The notes below the pieces were generated by a model. That model was not told the origin of the DNA. It made no database searches and saw only the letters and a list, made by a program, of their open reading frames with translations. Source: Mytilus californianus (lineage: Eukaryota). From it: DNA of 64,000 bases. The position numbers and the translations under genes are program-made. How positions within the stretch are numbered: position 1 is the first letter of the stretch; every line of letters begins with the position of its first letter. Location: positions 310,001 to 374,000 of the forward strand of contig NW_026262695.1 of the NCBI RefSeq assembly GCF_021869535.1, given 5' to 3'. Of this stretch, positions 51,401 through 64,000 are shown piece after piece.

Positions 51401-52917
51401 CTAGTATTCAGCAGCAGTATCATATGATATAACGTTACAAGCTGTATGCATCAGAAGCAGTGATCTGGGTTTTTGTTCATCAGGAACGCTCAAACCCAAA
51501 ACTATTAGAGCTAAGGATGTATTAATACTACAGTACTGGAAAAAAAAACTTACCTCATTTGGAGTTGCAACGTTAGTTTCTAATAATTTCGAAATTGACC
51601 AACAGACTATTAAAATAAAGTGTGTTATAACAATGTATAAAGCATGTAGTACTAACTACTGAGCTAATGATATTCTCGTGGACAAGTATTCAGTTTCTAA
51701 AAAAGTCCAATTTCACATCAAGTCACTTTTGCCGGAAGAATTTGGACAGTATTATCATATTATGTACATAACTTGTATCAAGGGCAAACATCTATTCTGA
51801 TTTTATTGGTATTTGAAATTGATGCAAATCAAATCACATTTCATAAAAGTTTTAGGAACGCTTATTTAACTTAAATCATTATTCTTATATTGTAAAATAC
51901 CGTAACCAGTATATCTTTTTATTTTATAACGAACTATAAATTTATAATTCGATTTATGTCAGAATATTTCCTTCTGGGTGTATTTGTTTTTTTTTTTTTT
52001 TTCATTTTTCTTGGTTTTTTTTATTCGAAATAAAGGGGAAATTCGACAATGTTCATTGTTATAATAAAACGTTTCTAGTATAGACTAGTGTCATTTGTAA
52101 TGTATTTAAACAAAATAATACCAAAGAAGGATGACGATACCAAGTGGGCAATACAACCCATAGGGCTAATAAGAACAGATCGCACCCTGACCAAAGAAAT
52201 GAGACACAAAGCAAAACGATACTTAACCAAACACAATTTGAAGACAACGAACGTAACACGAACTCCACAAACACAGGTGCTGAACTCATATACATTGGAA
52301 GGGTAGTCAGTTCACGATCTCTCATGTAAAATATCAATTCGAATTGATATCAAGCTGTACGATTACAGGCATTGTGAGTTTTTCCTAAAAGGTGTTTGTA
52401 AAAAAAAGTAGTAAATTAAAGTTTCAAAAGCCAACCTCTACATGTATATTTTGACAAATCTCTTCTAAATGTCATAAAATTTTGACGTCAGTTTCACTTA
52501 ATTTTCAACTGTTAACACCAGTCGAAAAAATACATACAGAAAACTAAAGATAGAAAAATCGGGGACAATATCAGATGTTTTGAAAGGATCAACGAATAGT
52601 CGAGACTGTTTCGTTAAAGAACATGTGCCGTTGTTAAACATACTAGAAGTGAACAGATTTTTTTATTCAAATTGAAATCTAATAAGTCTACATACTTCTC
52701 TTAAAGGGTGTTTTCAAATTGAGGACGATCATATCCGCTCATTTCCTGCAGTGGCATCGATTGGATATTGTCAACAAAAATGTTATTCTGAAAACATGGG
52801 AAGTTATTTTGGTTACAAACAGCGTATTCGGAATGTAAGTTTAACTCTTAAGAAAATTCTCTTTTGATATTTAAGTAATTTCGTATTTTATAAAGTGTGA
52901 CTATGTCACATTCAGAT
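48487..52917 (+). repeat. Tandem duplication unit 1 (about 4.43 kb)
   Basis: Identical ORF translations at offsets of 4430-4431. Junction ttcaga-t-tgacgaaag at 52911-52926. Confidence 0.95.
52707..52834 (+). CDS. Receptor gene 3, exon 3 copy A: WSC-like N-half (GCFQIEDDHIRSFPAVASIGYCQQKCYSENMGSYFGYKQRIRN)
   Basis: cttctcttaaAG acceptor and GTAAGT donor. 128 bp, phase 1-0. GCF...C-x3-C...YFG WSC signature. Confidence 0.8.
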
Positions 52918-55900
52918 TGACGAAAGTACAGTATATATTCCATATGATATAAGGGGCATTGGTTTTACAACAATGATATGGTAATTATAACTTGGAAGAA
53001 TGGATATGTTTTACTTCTACCCTTCTCCAATAGCTGACATATCATCTTAATCTTTTTTTTAAATGGTATTTTTCCCAAAGTTATTAATTCAACTTTAATA
53101 TAACTGCTAAGAGATAAGTTCGTGATATTCAATGGTCGTTTATACATTCAACTTTGCAAACACGCGCAAGTAATTAAACACAATTTTATCAAAATTAATT
53201 GCCAATTATTTGTTAACAACGAAATGGTTTAATTCATTAAAATGACAATATTATTTACAAATGTGGTGCGTCAGAAGCGCTTTTTTTATTCTTGTTTTAT
53301 CAGGATCACTCAAAACCAAACATTTAAGAGCTAGTGAAGAATGTATAAATATTTTACCCTTAAAATTATTAGTTTGAAAAATGATAAGAGCGCCCTCTAC
53401 AATATAAATAACAAAGATGGCGGATCGTAAACAAACAGCCTATTGTTTATGTGCATTAGCTAGCGCAACGTGTATTGTGAGACAAAGCTCTATTACGTTG
53501 TCGTTTCGGCCAACAAAAAAATGGCAAAGTATCGTGTTCCATTTCGCGCATTTAGAAAATTTCAATATGGCGTCCTGCATCAAAAGACGTTTTGTTAAAA
53601 ATACTGAAAAGTCGTGTCGGAAAAAGGTCAGTGATGATTTACACCAAATGAATATGACTTAAACATCATGTAACAGTTCACGGCAAGCTACAAATATTCC
53701 TGAAGTGTGGAGTCCTGGAATCACTATGCATTTATCAATTCTGCATTTTATCGAAAATAATCTGACTGAAACATTCGGGAAATTTATTCTTTGTTTCCTT
53801 AATAAAACGACAGCAATGAACACGACAGGCATGTTAGTTGAAAGTGTTTGTATAAAAATATGGATGATTTAGGGTAATTTGTTCTACCTTTTGTAATTTA
53901 AGGTCTAAAAGGTATCGACACTTTACTTGTAATAAAACATCGAAAAATGTATTGAAAAAAGTAATAAAATCAATTACATTCTATTATATTTATTATATAA
54001 ATCATAAAATATTCTTTGCCAAACTGTATGGTGAGGTTAAAGTAATGCCTGAGTTCAAACAAACATACAATGGTTATTTTAAACGCAGCGTACTTGTATT
54101 ATTGTTTTATATTGGTCAGTCTATCAATACTATTACTGTTTATGTAATAAATTAATTTCACTCTCGAAACTTATTACCTTTACTTTGCAAACGCTATTGA
54201 TGGAGCATTAACAAATTATATTAAAAATTTGTTTTATTTTATGAATTGGGTTTTGATTAAAACAGAGTATTTACCCGAAAACTGGATAATGTTTTCGTTG
54301 GGATATCGGAATATCTATGAAAATTCATTGAAATTAGTATTGAAAAACTAAGAGGGTGTGGTACGATTACCAATGCGACAAGTCTCCATCAGGGACCAAA
54401 TGACGTAGAAGTTAGCAACTATAAGTAATCTGATAGCCTTTAACAATGAGAAAAACCCATAACTCATTGCAAGCTATAAATGACGCCGAAATGTAAAACA
54501 ACTCAAATATGATTTTCAGCAACAACCGAAATCGGTGTATGACTTTCACATATAAATACATTAAGGACGAACATACATGTTATAAAAATAACGGAGTGAC
54601 AGCAAAACATGCCATAGATTTTAGGTCAAATATGGTATGCATACAGAAACATATTAGTCACATGCAGAAAATTATGATATTTCACATTTTCGTAGCCGGT
54701 ATAAGTACTATGAAATTAGTGATAAATATTTTTAAAAAACTCGGTACATTTAATCCTTTGCTACAAACACAAGATTCATTTGTTCCGTCTCATAACATTG
54801 ACATTTCAGGACTACAAGTCCTATTCATTCTCTCATCATCCCTTACATAATCGATAATATTCGTCTGGTTTTGTTACCATCTACATGGTATTAAATTTTA
54901 ATATAGGAGTCATATAAAGGAGTAGCACATACATGTAATTACGATTCATTATACGTTTTTTCAGTGTTTTCGAAAGCCGATTTTGAGCTGCATTTATTAG
55001 ATCTGTAAAATACAGATATTTACAAATTAGATCTCTGGTTTTCTCAAAAAATAAAGTCCATGTTTTTTTTTTTTTATTATTTAAAACTACATTTTTTTTA
55101 CTTATCAAAATTTACGGCAAACTTGTACTATAACGTCAGAGTCATTGTTCTCGGGATAGATAACTATTCTCTTGAAAACAAATGAAAAAATAAATGTAAT
55201 ATAACTCGTAAATTTTTTTAAAAGGTCGGTGACATATTTTAATGAGTACAAATTGCTCTTCCGCTCTTGTAATGATTTTGAAAGAAATCAATAGTAGATA
55301 TTTTTTCACAATGGAAAAATATTTCACTTTGACATATAACTTTTGGCGGGAATGATGCTAACCCTAATTTAGAAATTAAAACATATTAGATCATATAGTA
55401 TAGAGTCTTATTAGATAGATACAAATCATATGTTTTGTTTAGAAAAAAAAAAGGTTCTGGCTTTGATATAACTGAATAATAGTTACTTGAAATAATTACG
55501 AAATAATCGTCAATTTGGAGAAAAACACGAAATTGATGTTGCTATAGTGATAAAACAAAGTCGGTGATCCCCATTTTTTTCATCATATTTTGTTCCCAAA
55601 ATCATGAATTACCTCGACACAATTTTTTTAGAAAACAAATCATTAGTAGAATTGAATAGGCTGTTTGATCTTTAAGGAGCTGAAGCCAAAAATAATAAAT
55701 CAACATTCCCGTGCCAGTTCAATCCTAATTTTCAAAATAATTTCGAATTTTATCAATGGAGAATTATTCCAACATGGTATTTTATAACCCATTGTCCAAT
55801 ATTTACTATTGCGTTGATGATACAAGCAAGACTAGTATTCAGCAGCAGTATCATATGATATAACGTTACAAGCTGTATGCATCAGAAGCAGTGATCTGGG

Positions 55901-57346
55901 TTTTTGTTCATCAGGAACGCTCAAACCCAAAACTATTAGAGCTAAGGATGTATTAATACTACAGTACTGGAAAAAAAACTTACCTCATTTGGAGTTGCAA
56001 CGTTAGTTTCTAATAATTTCGAAATTGACCAACAGACTATTAAAATAAAGTGTGTTATAACAATGTATAAAGCATGTAGTACTAACTACTGAGCTAATGA
56101 TATTCTCGTGGACAAGTATTCAGTTTCTAAAAAAGTCCAATTTCACATCAAGTCACTTTTGCCGGAAGAATTTGGACAGTATTATCATATTATGTACATA
56201 ACTTGTATCAAGGGCAAACATCTATTCTGATTTTATTGGTATTTGAAATTGATGCAAATCAAATCACATTTCATAAAAGTTTTAGGAACGCTTATTTAAC
56301 TTAAATCATTATTCTTATATTGTAAAATACCGTAACCAGTATATCTTTTTATTTTATAACGAACTATAAATTTATAATTCGATTTATGTCAGAATATTTC
56401 CTTCTGGGTGTATTTGTTTTTTTTTTTTTTTTCATTTTTCTTGGTTTTTTTTATTCGAAATAAAGGGGAAATTCGACAATGTTCATTGTTATAATAAAAC
56501 GTTTCTAGTATAGACTAGTGTCATTTGTAATGTATTTAAACAAAATAATACCAAAGAAGGATGACGATACCAAGTGGGCAATACAACCCATAGGGCTAAT
56601 AAGAACAGATCGCACCCTGACCAAAGAAATGAGACACAAAGCAAAACGATACTTAACCAAACACAATTTGAAGACAACGAACGTAACACGAACTCCACAA
56701 ACACAGGTGCTGAACTCATATACATTGGAAGGGTAGTCAGTTCACGATCTCTCATGTAAAATATCAATTCGAATTGATATCAAGCTGTACGATTACAGGC
56801 ATTGTGAGTTTTTCCTAAAAGGTGTTTGTAAAAAAAAGTAGTAAATTAAAGTTTCAAAAGCCAACCTCTACATGTATATTTTGACAAATCTCTTCTAAAT
56901 GTCATAAAATTTTGACGTCAGTTTCACTTAATTTTCAACTGTTAACACCAGTCGAAAAAATACATACAGAAAACTAAAGATAGAAAAATCGGGGACAATA
57001 TCAGATGTTTTGAAAGGATCAACGAATAGTCGAGACTGTTTCGTTAAAGAACATGTGCCGTTGTTAAACATACTAGAAGTGAACAGATTTTTTTATTCAA
57101 ATTGAAATCTAATAAGTCTACATACTTCTCTTAAAGGGTGTTTTCAAATTGAGGACGATCATATCCGCTCATTTCCTGCAGTGGCATCGATTGGATATTG
57201 TCAACAAAAATGTTATTCTGAAAACATGGGAAGTTATTTTGGTTACAAACAGCGTATTCGGAATGTAAGTTTAACTCTTAAGAAAATTCTCTTTTGATAT
57301 TTAAGTAATTTCGTATTTTATAAAGTGTGACTATGTCACATTCAGA
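52918..57346 (+). repeat. Tandem duplication unit 2 (about 4.43 kb)
   Basis: About 10 differences from unit 1 within 48620-48805/53050-53236. Elsewhere only a 1-nt homopolymer difference was spotted by eye. Confidence 0.95.
57137..57264 (+). CDS. Receptor gene 3, exon 3 copy B (identical to 52707-52834)
   Basis: Same sequence and splice sites, offset 4430. Confidence 0.75.
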
Positions 57347-57477
57347 ATTGATTTTACTAGACATATGCATTAACACTTTGAACAATTTTCCTTCTGCATA
57401 TGTAAAAGATCAAGAGTAAGCTTATTTCAAAGTCTCTTCAGTCAAACTAAAATATATTGTACTTATTTCTTTTACAG

Positions 57478-57580
57478 ACGAAAACACACAATTGTGTCTG
57501 CCTTCCTAATAGAATCGATGCAATACAAGAACAAGACATACAGTATTGTCTCAATTCAACACATTTCTTTGTTTATAGAG
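57478..57580 (+). CDS. Receptor gene 3, exon 4: WSC-like C-half (TKTHNCVCLPNRIDAIQEQDIQYCLNSTHFFVYR)
   Basis: tttcttttacAG acceptor and GTaatt donor. 103 bp, phase 0-1. C-x-C...C...VY WSC signature, in frame with exon 3. Confidence 0.85.
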
Positions 57581-59019
57581 GTAATTTGCTTTGATTAGGC
57601 TAATAATCATGTTTGGTTTTTATGGACACAAGCAGGATATTCGCTCTCTTCCATAGCACCTTATTTCATCCCCAGTGTTTTGATGGGGTTTTTGTTGCTC
57701 CATCTTTAGTTTTCTATGTTGTGTCATGTAAATTGTTGGTTTTTCTTTTCGTCGTTTTAGTTTTCTGCCATGGCATTGTCATTTTGATTTTGACTTATAA
57801 GGTTAATTATCCCTTTAGTTTCTTTCTCCGCTCTTCTACCGTACAAATTAATCCTTTACGAATAACACCATGTTTGTTTTTTTTTTTGTTTTGATTATTA
57901 ATAACATCCTTGTCCTTTGGTCTCTGGTGGATAATTCGCTAACTTGCAATTATAGCATATATATTTTGTATATTGAGATGCCAGTTTGAATCTTTCTGTG
58001 CTCAACTTATAAGGTCAGAAATTGACATTTTTGTTTTGTGGTGTTTTTTAACCTTTATATAAATGTTATATGTTGAAAGTGTAAAAATCGAGAAATAACA
58101 TACATTTTCTAACAGGTTCACTACAGCTAAAGACAAACATAACCGTGATAATGTAAAAGAAATCTGTCTTATACAGACGTTACCTAATCATGCTAATAGA
58201 GTGTTATTAAAGGAGGATAAACTTTGAATGTGCTGCATTGTTGTGTTACTTTTATAGTCCGCTTTGTTGTACATTTCAATAAATATTATTCTAACGCGTT
58301 TTTTAAACATGACAAAGTTAGCATGTTGTTACAAAAATGAAATCCAAACCTTTCAACGTGATGCAAAAAATTCTTTATTTCTATTTCGATGGACAATGAT
58401 GGAACAGCACATAAATTCTAGGTTTAATTGTATTGTATAAATGTTGTAAATAGATGTGCAGTGCACGTTTCCTAGGTCAAAGGTAAACAGGATAGATAAT
58501 TTAGTTAGATATAGTAAATAGCATCAAATGAGATCACAGATTAAAATGTCATCACTTAGTTAAAACATTGAGGCATTGCAACGTCTAACCAATGTTTGAA
58601 ACCATAGGTGAACATTTGACTTGGTTATTTAAGCTGTTCCTTCTCATAACTGTGCTCAAGAGGTTTTTGACTTGTGGGTATTCCATTGTAATTGAAACCG
58701 CTGTATCGTTTTGATTGAAACAAACACTAGTGTTTTTTCAGTGAATGCTACACGGCACTGGCAAATATACCACATCACCTTAGTTTATACTGTCATTGCT
58801 CATGAATGAAGGCACATGAAAACGCAATATCTAGATAAAATGATATTTGACTTCTGTTATTAGATATAAGAAGATGTGGTATGAGTGCCAATGAGACAAC
58901 TCTCCATTCAAGTCAAAATTTAAAACAAGTAAACCATTATAGGTCAAAGTACGATCTTCAACACGGAGCCTTGGCTCACACCGGACAGTAAGCTATAAAG
59001 GGCCCAAAAAATTACTAGT

Positions 59020-59125
59020 GTTAACCTGGAAGTTAAAAATGAAAAAAATAATGTATTGGGTTTGCCATAGAGCCTTGTTGCAAATTGTCCTTCAGTATCA
59101 ATTTTCAGATATAGGAGTAAATATG
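59020..59125 (-). mobile_element. Small Penelope-like RT fragment
   Basis: LLYLKIDTEGQFATRLYGK resembles the LEIDxEGRLxTKLYDK segment seen in the other copies. Confidence 0.5.
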
Positions 59126-60680
59126 ACTTTCTAGTCTCTGTCAACCTTATAACCAATCTAACTTTCTAAATTAAGGAGTACTTTCCTCGCGTATGATTTT
59201 TTCTTATATTTACACATATGAAAGGGTAGAGGCCAATTCATCATCTGCCAAAGTCACCTTTGAATTTTATGTTCATGTTGTATTGAATATGACAAATTTT
59301 TGTTAACTATAACAAAATTACAAACGCTAGTAGTCACATGTTTTTATCATTTTTTCGCAAATGTTCTCATCAGGAATACCCATAACTGTTAGAAATTTTG
59401 TGTAGTAGAAACATATTTTAAAGTAAATTTGAAATATCATTGAAATTATTGTAGCTTGAATGTTAATAAACGGCTTAAAACTACTGAACAAAAAACAAAC
59501 TGTTTTAATTCCTTCAAACATTTCTGAAACAATTATAGGTTATAAATCTTGAAAATCACAAACTTATATTGAATTTGATCGTTTTAAATTTACAAAAAAA
59601 TTTCAAACAATTCGGCTAACAGACATTAGAACATTTTTCTTTTGGGATTTTCTACAAAACCTTTTACAGTCTCTTTTGCATTGTTTTTGTGTGTTTAAGT
59701 GAAAATTATATGGTCCCAACAATGACTGTGGTTAAGTTTATAAGGAAATTCAGTACCTCCCCAAGACTACTAAATGCCCATCTCATCGGTCGAGCATACG
59801 CTAAAAAGTGAAATAGCAAAACTCCAAGGAAAGTTCAAAACGGAATGTTCCTTATCAAATGGAAAAACCAAAAGCTGAAGCACTTCAAACGAATGGAAAA
59901 CATGTGTCATATTCCTGACTCGTTGTAGGCATTTTCTTATGTAGAAATATGCAGATTAAACCTGGTGTTATAGCTAGCTAAACCTCTATCTTGTATGACA
60001 GTCGCATACAATTCCATTATATAGACAACAATGTATGAACAAAACAAACAGACATAAAAGGTCAAAATGTCAAAAATTAGAGGAATATTGTGTTATAATC
60101 TTAATCACTATAAAAACAAACAACTATGTCAACAAAGAAAAACAAAATGTCATATAGGCACTCTATAGAAAAAGCACATACGTAAAAAAGAAAGACAAGA
60201 ATACAGAAATTGACCATAGCACAATAACACAATGGCAGGATGTATAAATGCCGAGCCAAGCCAAAAGGATATTACTTGACTAGAAAAAATGGACTAAACA
60301 GTATACATAAAGATTAACAATATACAACATTTTTTTGTACAAAGACAAATAAAAAGAACAATTTAACATGCAATTAAAATGATAAACAACGGCAGTACTT
60401 ACAATCCATACCACAAGACCATCATGTATAATTTGTGAAGTTGATACGGAATATTGTGATATCTTCCTATGAGAACGAGACTGTCATACAAGTGAGAGGT
60501 TTAGCTAGCTGTAAAAGCAGGTTTAATCCACCATTTTCAACATTTGTAAGGAAATGCCTGTACCAAGTTAGGAATATGACGGTTGTTTCCCATTATGTGT
60601 TTGAACTTTTGATTTTGCCATTTGATAAGGGACTTTCCGATTTTCCTTGGAGTTAGGTATTTTTATTATTTCACTTTTTA

Positions 60681-60985
60681 GTCATAACCCTGGTTCGTCA
60701 ACTTTCTACTCAGCCACTGGTGACGTTTTATATAGTCAGAGTAGCAGCTGCAAGCTCTCGAATACCGAATGAGTTGCGAAATGTATATCCCATATGCAGG
60801 TGAAGTTGGTATATTGCTCGTAAGGTTGGGGAAATTGATAATTTTAAAATGAAATCGTCTCGTTTGTCATACATTCTGAATGTGAATTTAAATTATCTGA
60901 ATTCCTTAATCTTCTGTCAGTGTCTGAAGGATCTCTGACTCATATGAAAATAAGAAGAGGTCGACAAGGAGAGGCACACAGATCA
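60681..60985 (-). mobile_element. Penelope-like RT fragment
   Basis: CVPLLVDLFLFSYESE, then MYDKRDDF.FKIINFPNLTSNIPTSPAYGIYISQLIRYSRACSCYSDYIKRHQWLSRKLTNQGY. Confidence 0.85.
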
Positions 60986-61280
60986 GTTGAATTAAATGTT
61001 ATGACAGTCTGTCACTATCTAAGTACTATGTTTATGCCAATATATTTGTTAGAATTAGGTTGTACTAGGATAGATGTTCATATCATTTCTTCTAGAATAT
61101 TGCCGTGTGTATTCTCTGCTTTTTCTATAAAATTATTTATTCTATAGTTAATATTGTCGTGTTTCCGTTTCTTTGTCGATATTCTCATGTATTCAGTTTT
61201 TTTTTATTTCAATTTTGTATATTTGAAGTGTGTAATTACAAAAAGCAGGGTTTAGAATTATACTTTTTGGTTACTTTAAG

Positions 61281-61421
61281 ATTATAATGGTTCAGTCCGT
61301 CAATCATCAGACCCTGGAAACTGCACAACAATTTGTTGCGGTAGTTGTAATGGGGTAAACGGTAATCACTTGGAAGGAAGATGTTGCAGTTCAGTGGACA
61401 TTCCTATAGTTGGTAGATGTG
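61281..61421 (+). CDS. Receptor gene 3, exon 5: Cys-rich CTL C-half-like (DYNGSVRQSSDPGNCTTICCGSCNGVNGNHLEGRCCSSVDIPIVGRC)
   Basis: ttactttaAG acceptor and GTaata donor. 141 bp, phase 1-1, open. P-x-x-C-x19/20-C-x10-C spacing is similar to exons 617-742 and 25001-25122. Confidence 0.8.
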
Positions 61422-61970
61422 GTAATACTTAAATTATTAAATAAGCAATGTAAAACCTTCTTTGTTCAGTATGAAATATTGGTGTATTCCTGTACATATT
61501 ATTCTTACGACATTTGAAATAGAACATTTTTTGTCGAGGTTATTTTTATTCAGCTTTCATATGTAAACTCACAATAGACCAACAGGATATTTTTGTGAGC
61601 GTTTACAAAAACTTTTTTATTTCTACCATACTAACGCATTGGACAAGCGAACGTATGTATACTGCAATTTAAAGCAGGAAACCCACCCGGTCTTGTTCCT
61701 TAAGAATTTCATGCGAATCCAATAGTTTCTGTTTGTTACCTTAATATGTAAATTCCTAATGCTTTTTTGAGCTTTTTACATCGATAAACTACTGTCGCCT
61801 CTATTTAAACTTATTTGAATTGTTTTTAGATATAAGAAACATCAAGAGTGCAATTGAAAGAAAAGTAGATTCCATTTCGAATCTACTTTTTTGCGTTTTC
61901 GTTGGTTGTAAGAAACTTCTTAGACCTGAAGTTCATTAAAACACGTTTTCTTTGCAACGTATTTGTTACT

Positions 61971-62096
61971 TAAGGAATGACTGTAATATGATTTCTGTCT
62001 ATGAAGAAATAACATCAAAAATGTTGTGCACACTGAATAACCCACGTATTTTTGAGGTATTTCAAAAAAGACAGAAAAAATATTAGTCATTCCTTA
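61971..62096. mobile_element. Short non-autonomous element with about 30-bp imperfect TIRs
   Basis: taaggaatgactgtaatatgatttctgtct vs the reverse complement of agacagaaaaaatattagtcattcctta. Confidence 0.6.
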
Positions 62097-64000
62097 TAAT
62101 CTAACTCTAAATAACATTTTTAAGGAGTAAACTACGAAAAAACGTTTATGACGTCACGGCTATATGAGAATATTATGTCTATGAGCTGATAGACAAATTA
62201 CTTTCAGCCATACAGAAGACGTGTTACATCCAAAATTGAATTATTTCCCTATGAATGAAAAAAGTGTAGCACCTTTCCTGTAAACGTCTGATGATCAATA
62301 TATAATTTTAAAAGAATAGGCGGAAGCTACCAAAAAGATATTTAAAACCATGAAAACTGAAAGATCGGAAAGTGAACAACAGAATCATGGTAAACAAAAA
62401 AACGACAAAGAGATATATAACAAATACAAGACACTACATAGAAAAATTAACAACAGAATAAACAAATTGAAAACAACACGTTTAACAATTTCATGCGTCC
62501 GAAGCGCTTTTCTAGATTTACCTTCATCAGGAACGCTCAAAGCCAAACATTTGAAATCCGAGGGATGTATAAGTACCGAATTAACAGTTGAAGAGCTATA
62601 TGACAAAAAAACATAAAACAAATAGCCAAATCGATCTAAGGTCAACTTTGCCAGAGGGAGTTGAAACCTTAGTTTCTTTATAATTTCAAAATTTATAAAC
62701 GGGCAATTTTAGAATTGTTTATTACACGAGGATTGTGCCCAATTACGACATATACGGCGTTAATGGTTTAAACCTCTAAACCTCTAAAAACCAGTTCCTC
62801 ATTGACAAAACAGAGGTTGTGATTACTAGGAACAAGCTGAAAACAAAACGAAGGGCCTAGATCCCTTTAAATTACATTGCTTTTAGATCAGTTTGTATTT
62901 AGATCATGGCATTTCTAGGGACGTGCAAAGATTTAACACCCTTCTCATTTTCCACTTCCAAAAAAATATTTATTTGTTGTGTGTGCATTTTGTTTTCATT
63001 GGTATCAAAATCTTTTTTTTACGACCTTTGTATTAACCGAGGAATCAGTTTTTTGTTCATGTAGAATATTTGAAATAGCAATATCTATAATAATTGCAAC
63101 AATGCGGCACGTAGAGGGAATGAGTGGTAATAATAACGGGAATTTCATGGTTCTCTTCACATAGTTAATTTGGGTACAATAAAGGTATGGTATGGAAAGC
63201 AATACGAATGTGCTTGTTCCACAAAAATTTTAGAAATGTAAAATAACAGACAAGCAAAAGACACTTTGAACTTCAATTAGTCTGTTTTTGCGACGGTCGT
63301 GACTTTTCTTACGGAGCGACAGTTCGTTTATGTATTCTGCGAAAAAAAACGTAATCGTTAAAGCAGTAAAAAAATGTCAAAACCAATGGCATGAAGCTTA
63401 AACGAATTCAAAATTTGCCATGGACTTTTTGTGTGTGTACGTTCCTTTTTGTTGCTTGTAACCTTCCGGGTGTTACAGTAAGATATTTTACAACATTGTA
63501 ACAACGTGGAATTTTGACCGTCTAAATCTAAAAGTATTAAATCCTTTGAATATGTAAAATACGGGGATTGTGATTTTGTCAACATTTCATACCGAATGTG
63601 TGTACACAAAACAAGAAGGAAGATCTACCATGGGAGCAGATACTACTAGATTGTAGCTGGAATAACTTCACTTTTTTTTTTAACTCAAGATAAACAGTTT
63701 TTTAGAGCTAAATAATGAAAGTTTTGAGGTGATAACAAATCTAAATAGAACCCCAGTAAGTTTATATCTAAAGTAATAATATTTTATTTTATTTTATTCA
63801 TAAAATTTGATTTAAGTGTAAGAGTATATTTTAACATTGTCATTGTCATATAAGATTGATACATTTGATAACGAGAAACGTATACATAAATGATATGAGC
63901 TAGTTATTTGATATTTTATAGAGTTTGTTATTGTATTGTGCCGTTGCACCACTGTCCCTGGTTAGGACGAGGGTAGGAGCCTTCTACCATGTTTAACACT

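Noticed and set aside
61861-61890. 12-bp perfect hairpin aaaagtagattc/gaatctactttt
   Set aside because: Short and AT-rich, so plausible by chance in 64 kb of such sequence. No functional context.
62919-63184. Candidate gene 3 exon 6 (…FYDLCINRG…NNCNNAARRGNEW, donor at 63185)
   Set aside because: Several in-frame stops, including TAA TAA TAA, and no convincing acceptor. It cannot be supported by eye. Exon 6 probably lies beyond the window.

Overview
AT-rich eukaryotic genomic DNA, most likely a bivalve mollusc (the repeat families look Mytilus-like). All alignments, translations and identity estimates were done by eye, with no database searches. The backbone is a + strand tandem cluster of multi-exon genes for C-type-lectin-like single-pass receptors. 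Gene 1 has its last four exons in the window (617-6772), including a TM exon and a tail with 10 tyrosines. Gene 2 (25001-29583) has the same four exons but carries a frameshift, a lost splice acceptor and a premature stop, and no 5' exons were found. Gene 3 has its first five exons in the window (46089-61421): signal peptide, CTL N-half, WSC-like domain, CTL C-half. Its WSC exon is present twice because of a near-identical 4.43-kb tandem duplication. Between these genes lie a decayed C1q-domain gene whose signal-peptide exon (40556-40676, +) faces opposite to its C1q exon (33609-34005, -) and sits between 1.65-kb inverted repeats; a spliced minus-strand orphan gene (ORF 15882-16427); collinear non-coding paralogous blocks recording an old segmental duplication; and many transposon remnants (BEL/Pao, Tc1, several Penelope-like RT fragments, a Helentron-associated element with about 155-bp satellite units, MITEs). 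No rRNA, intact tRNA or CRISPR array is supported.
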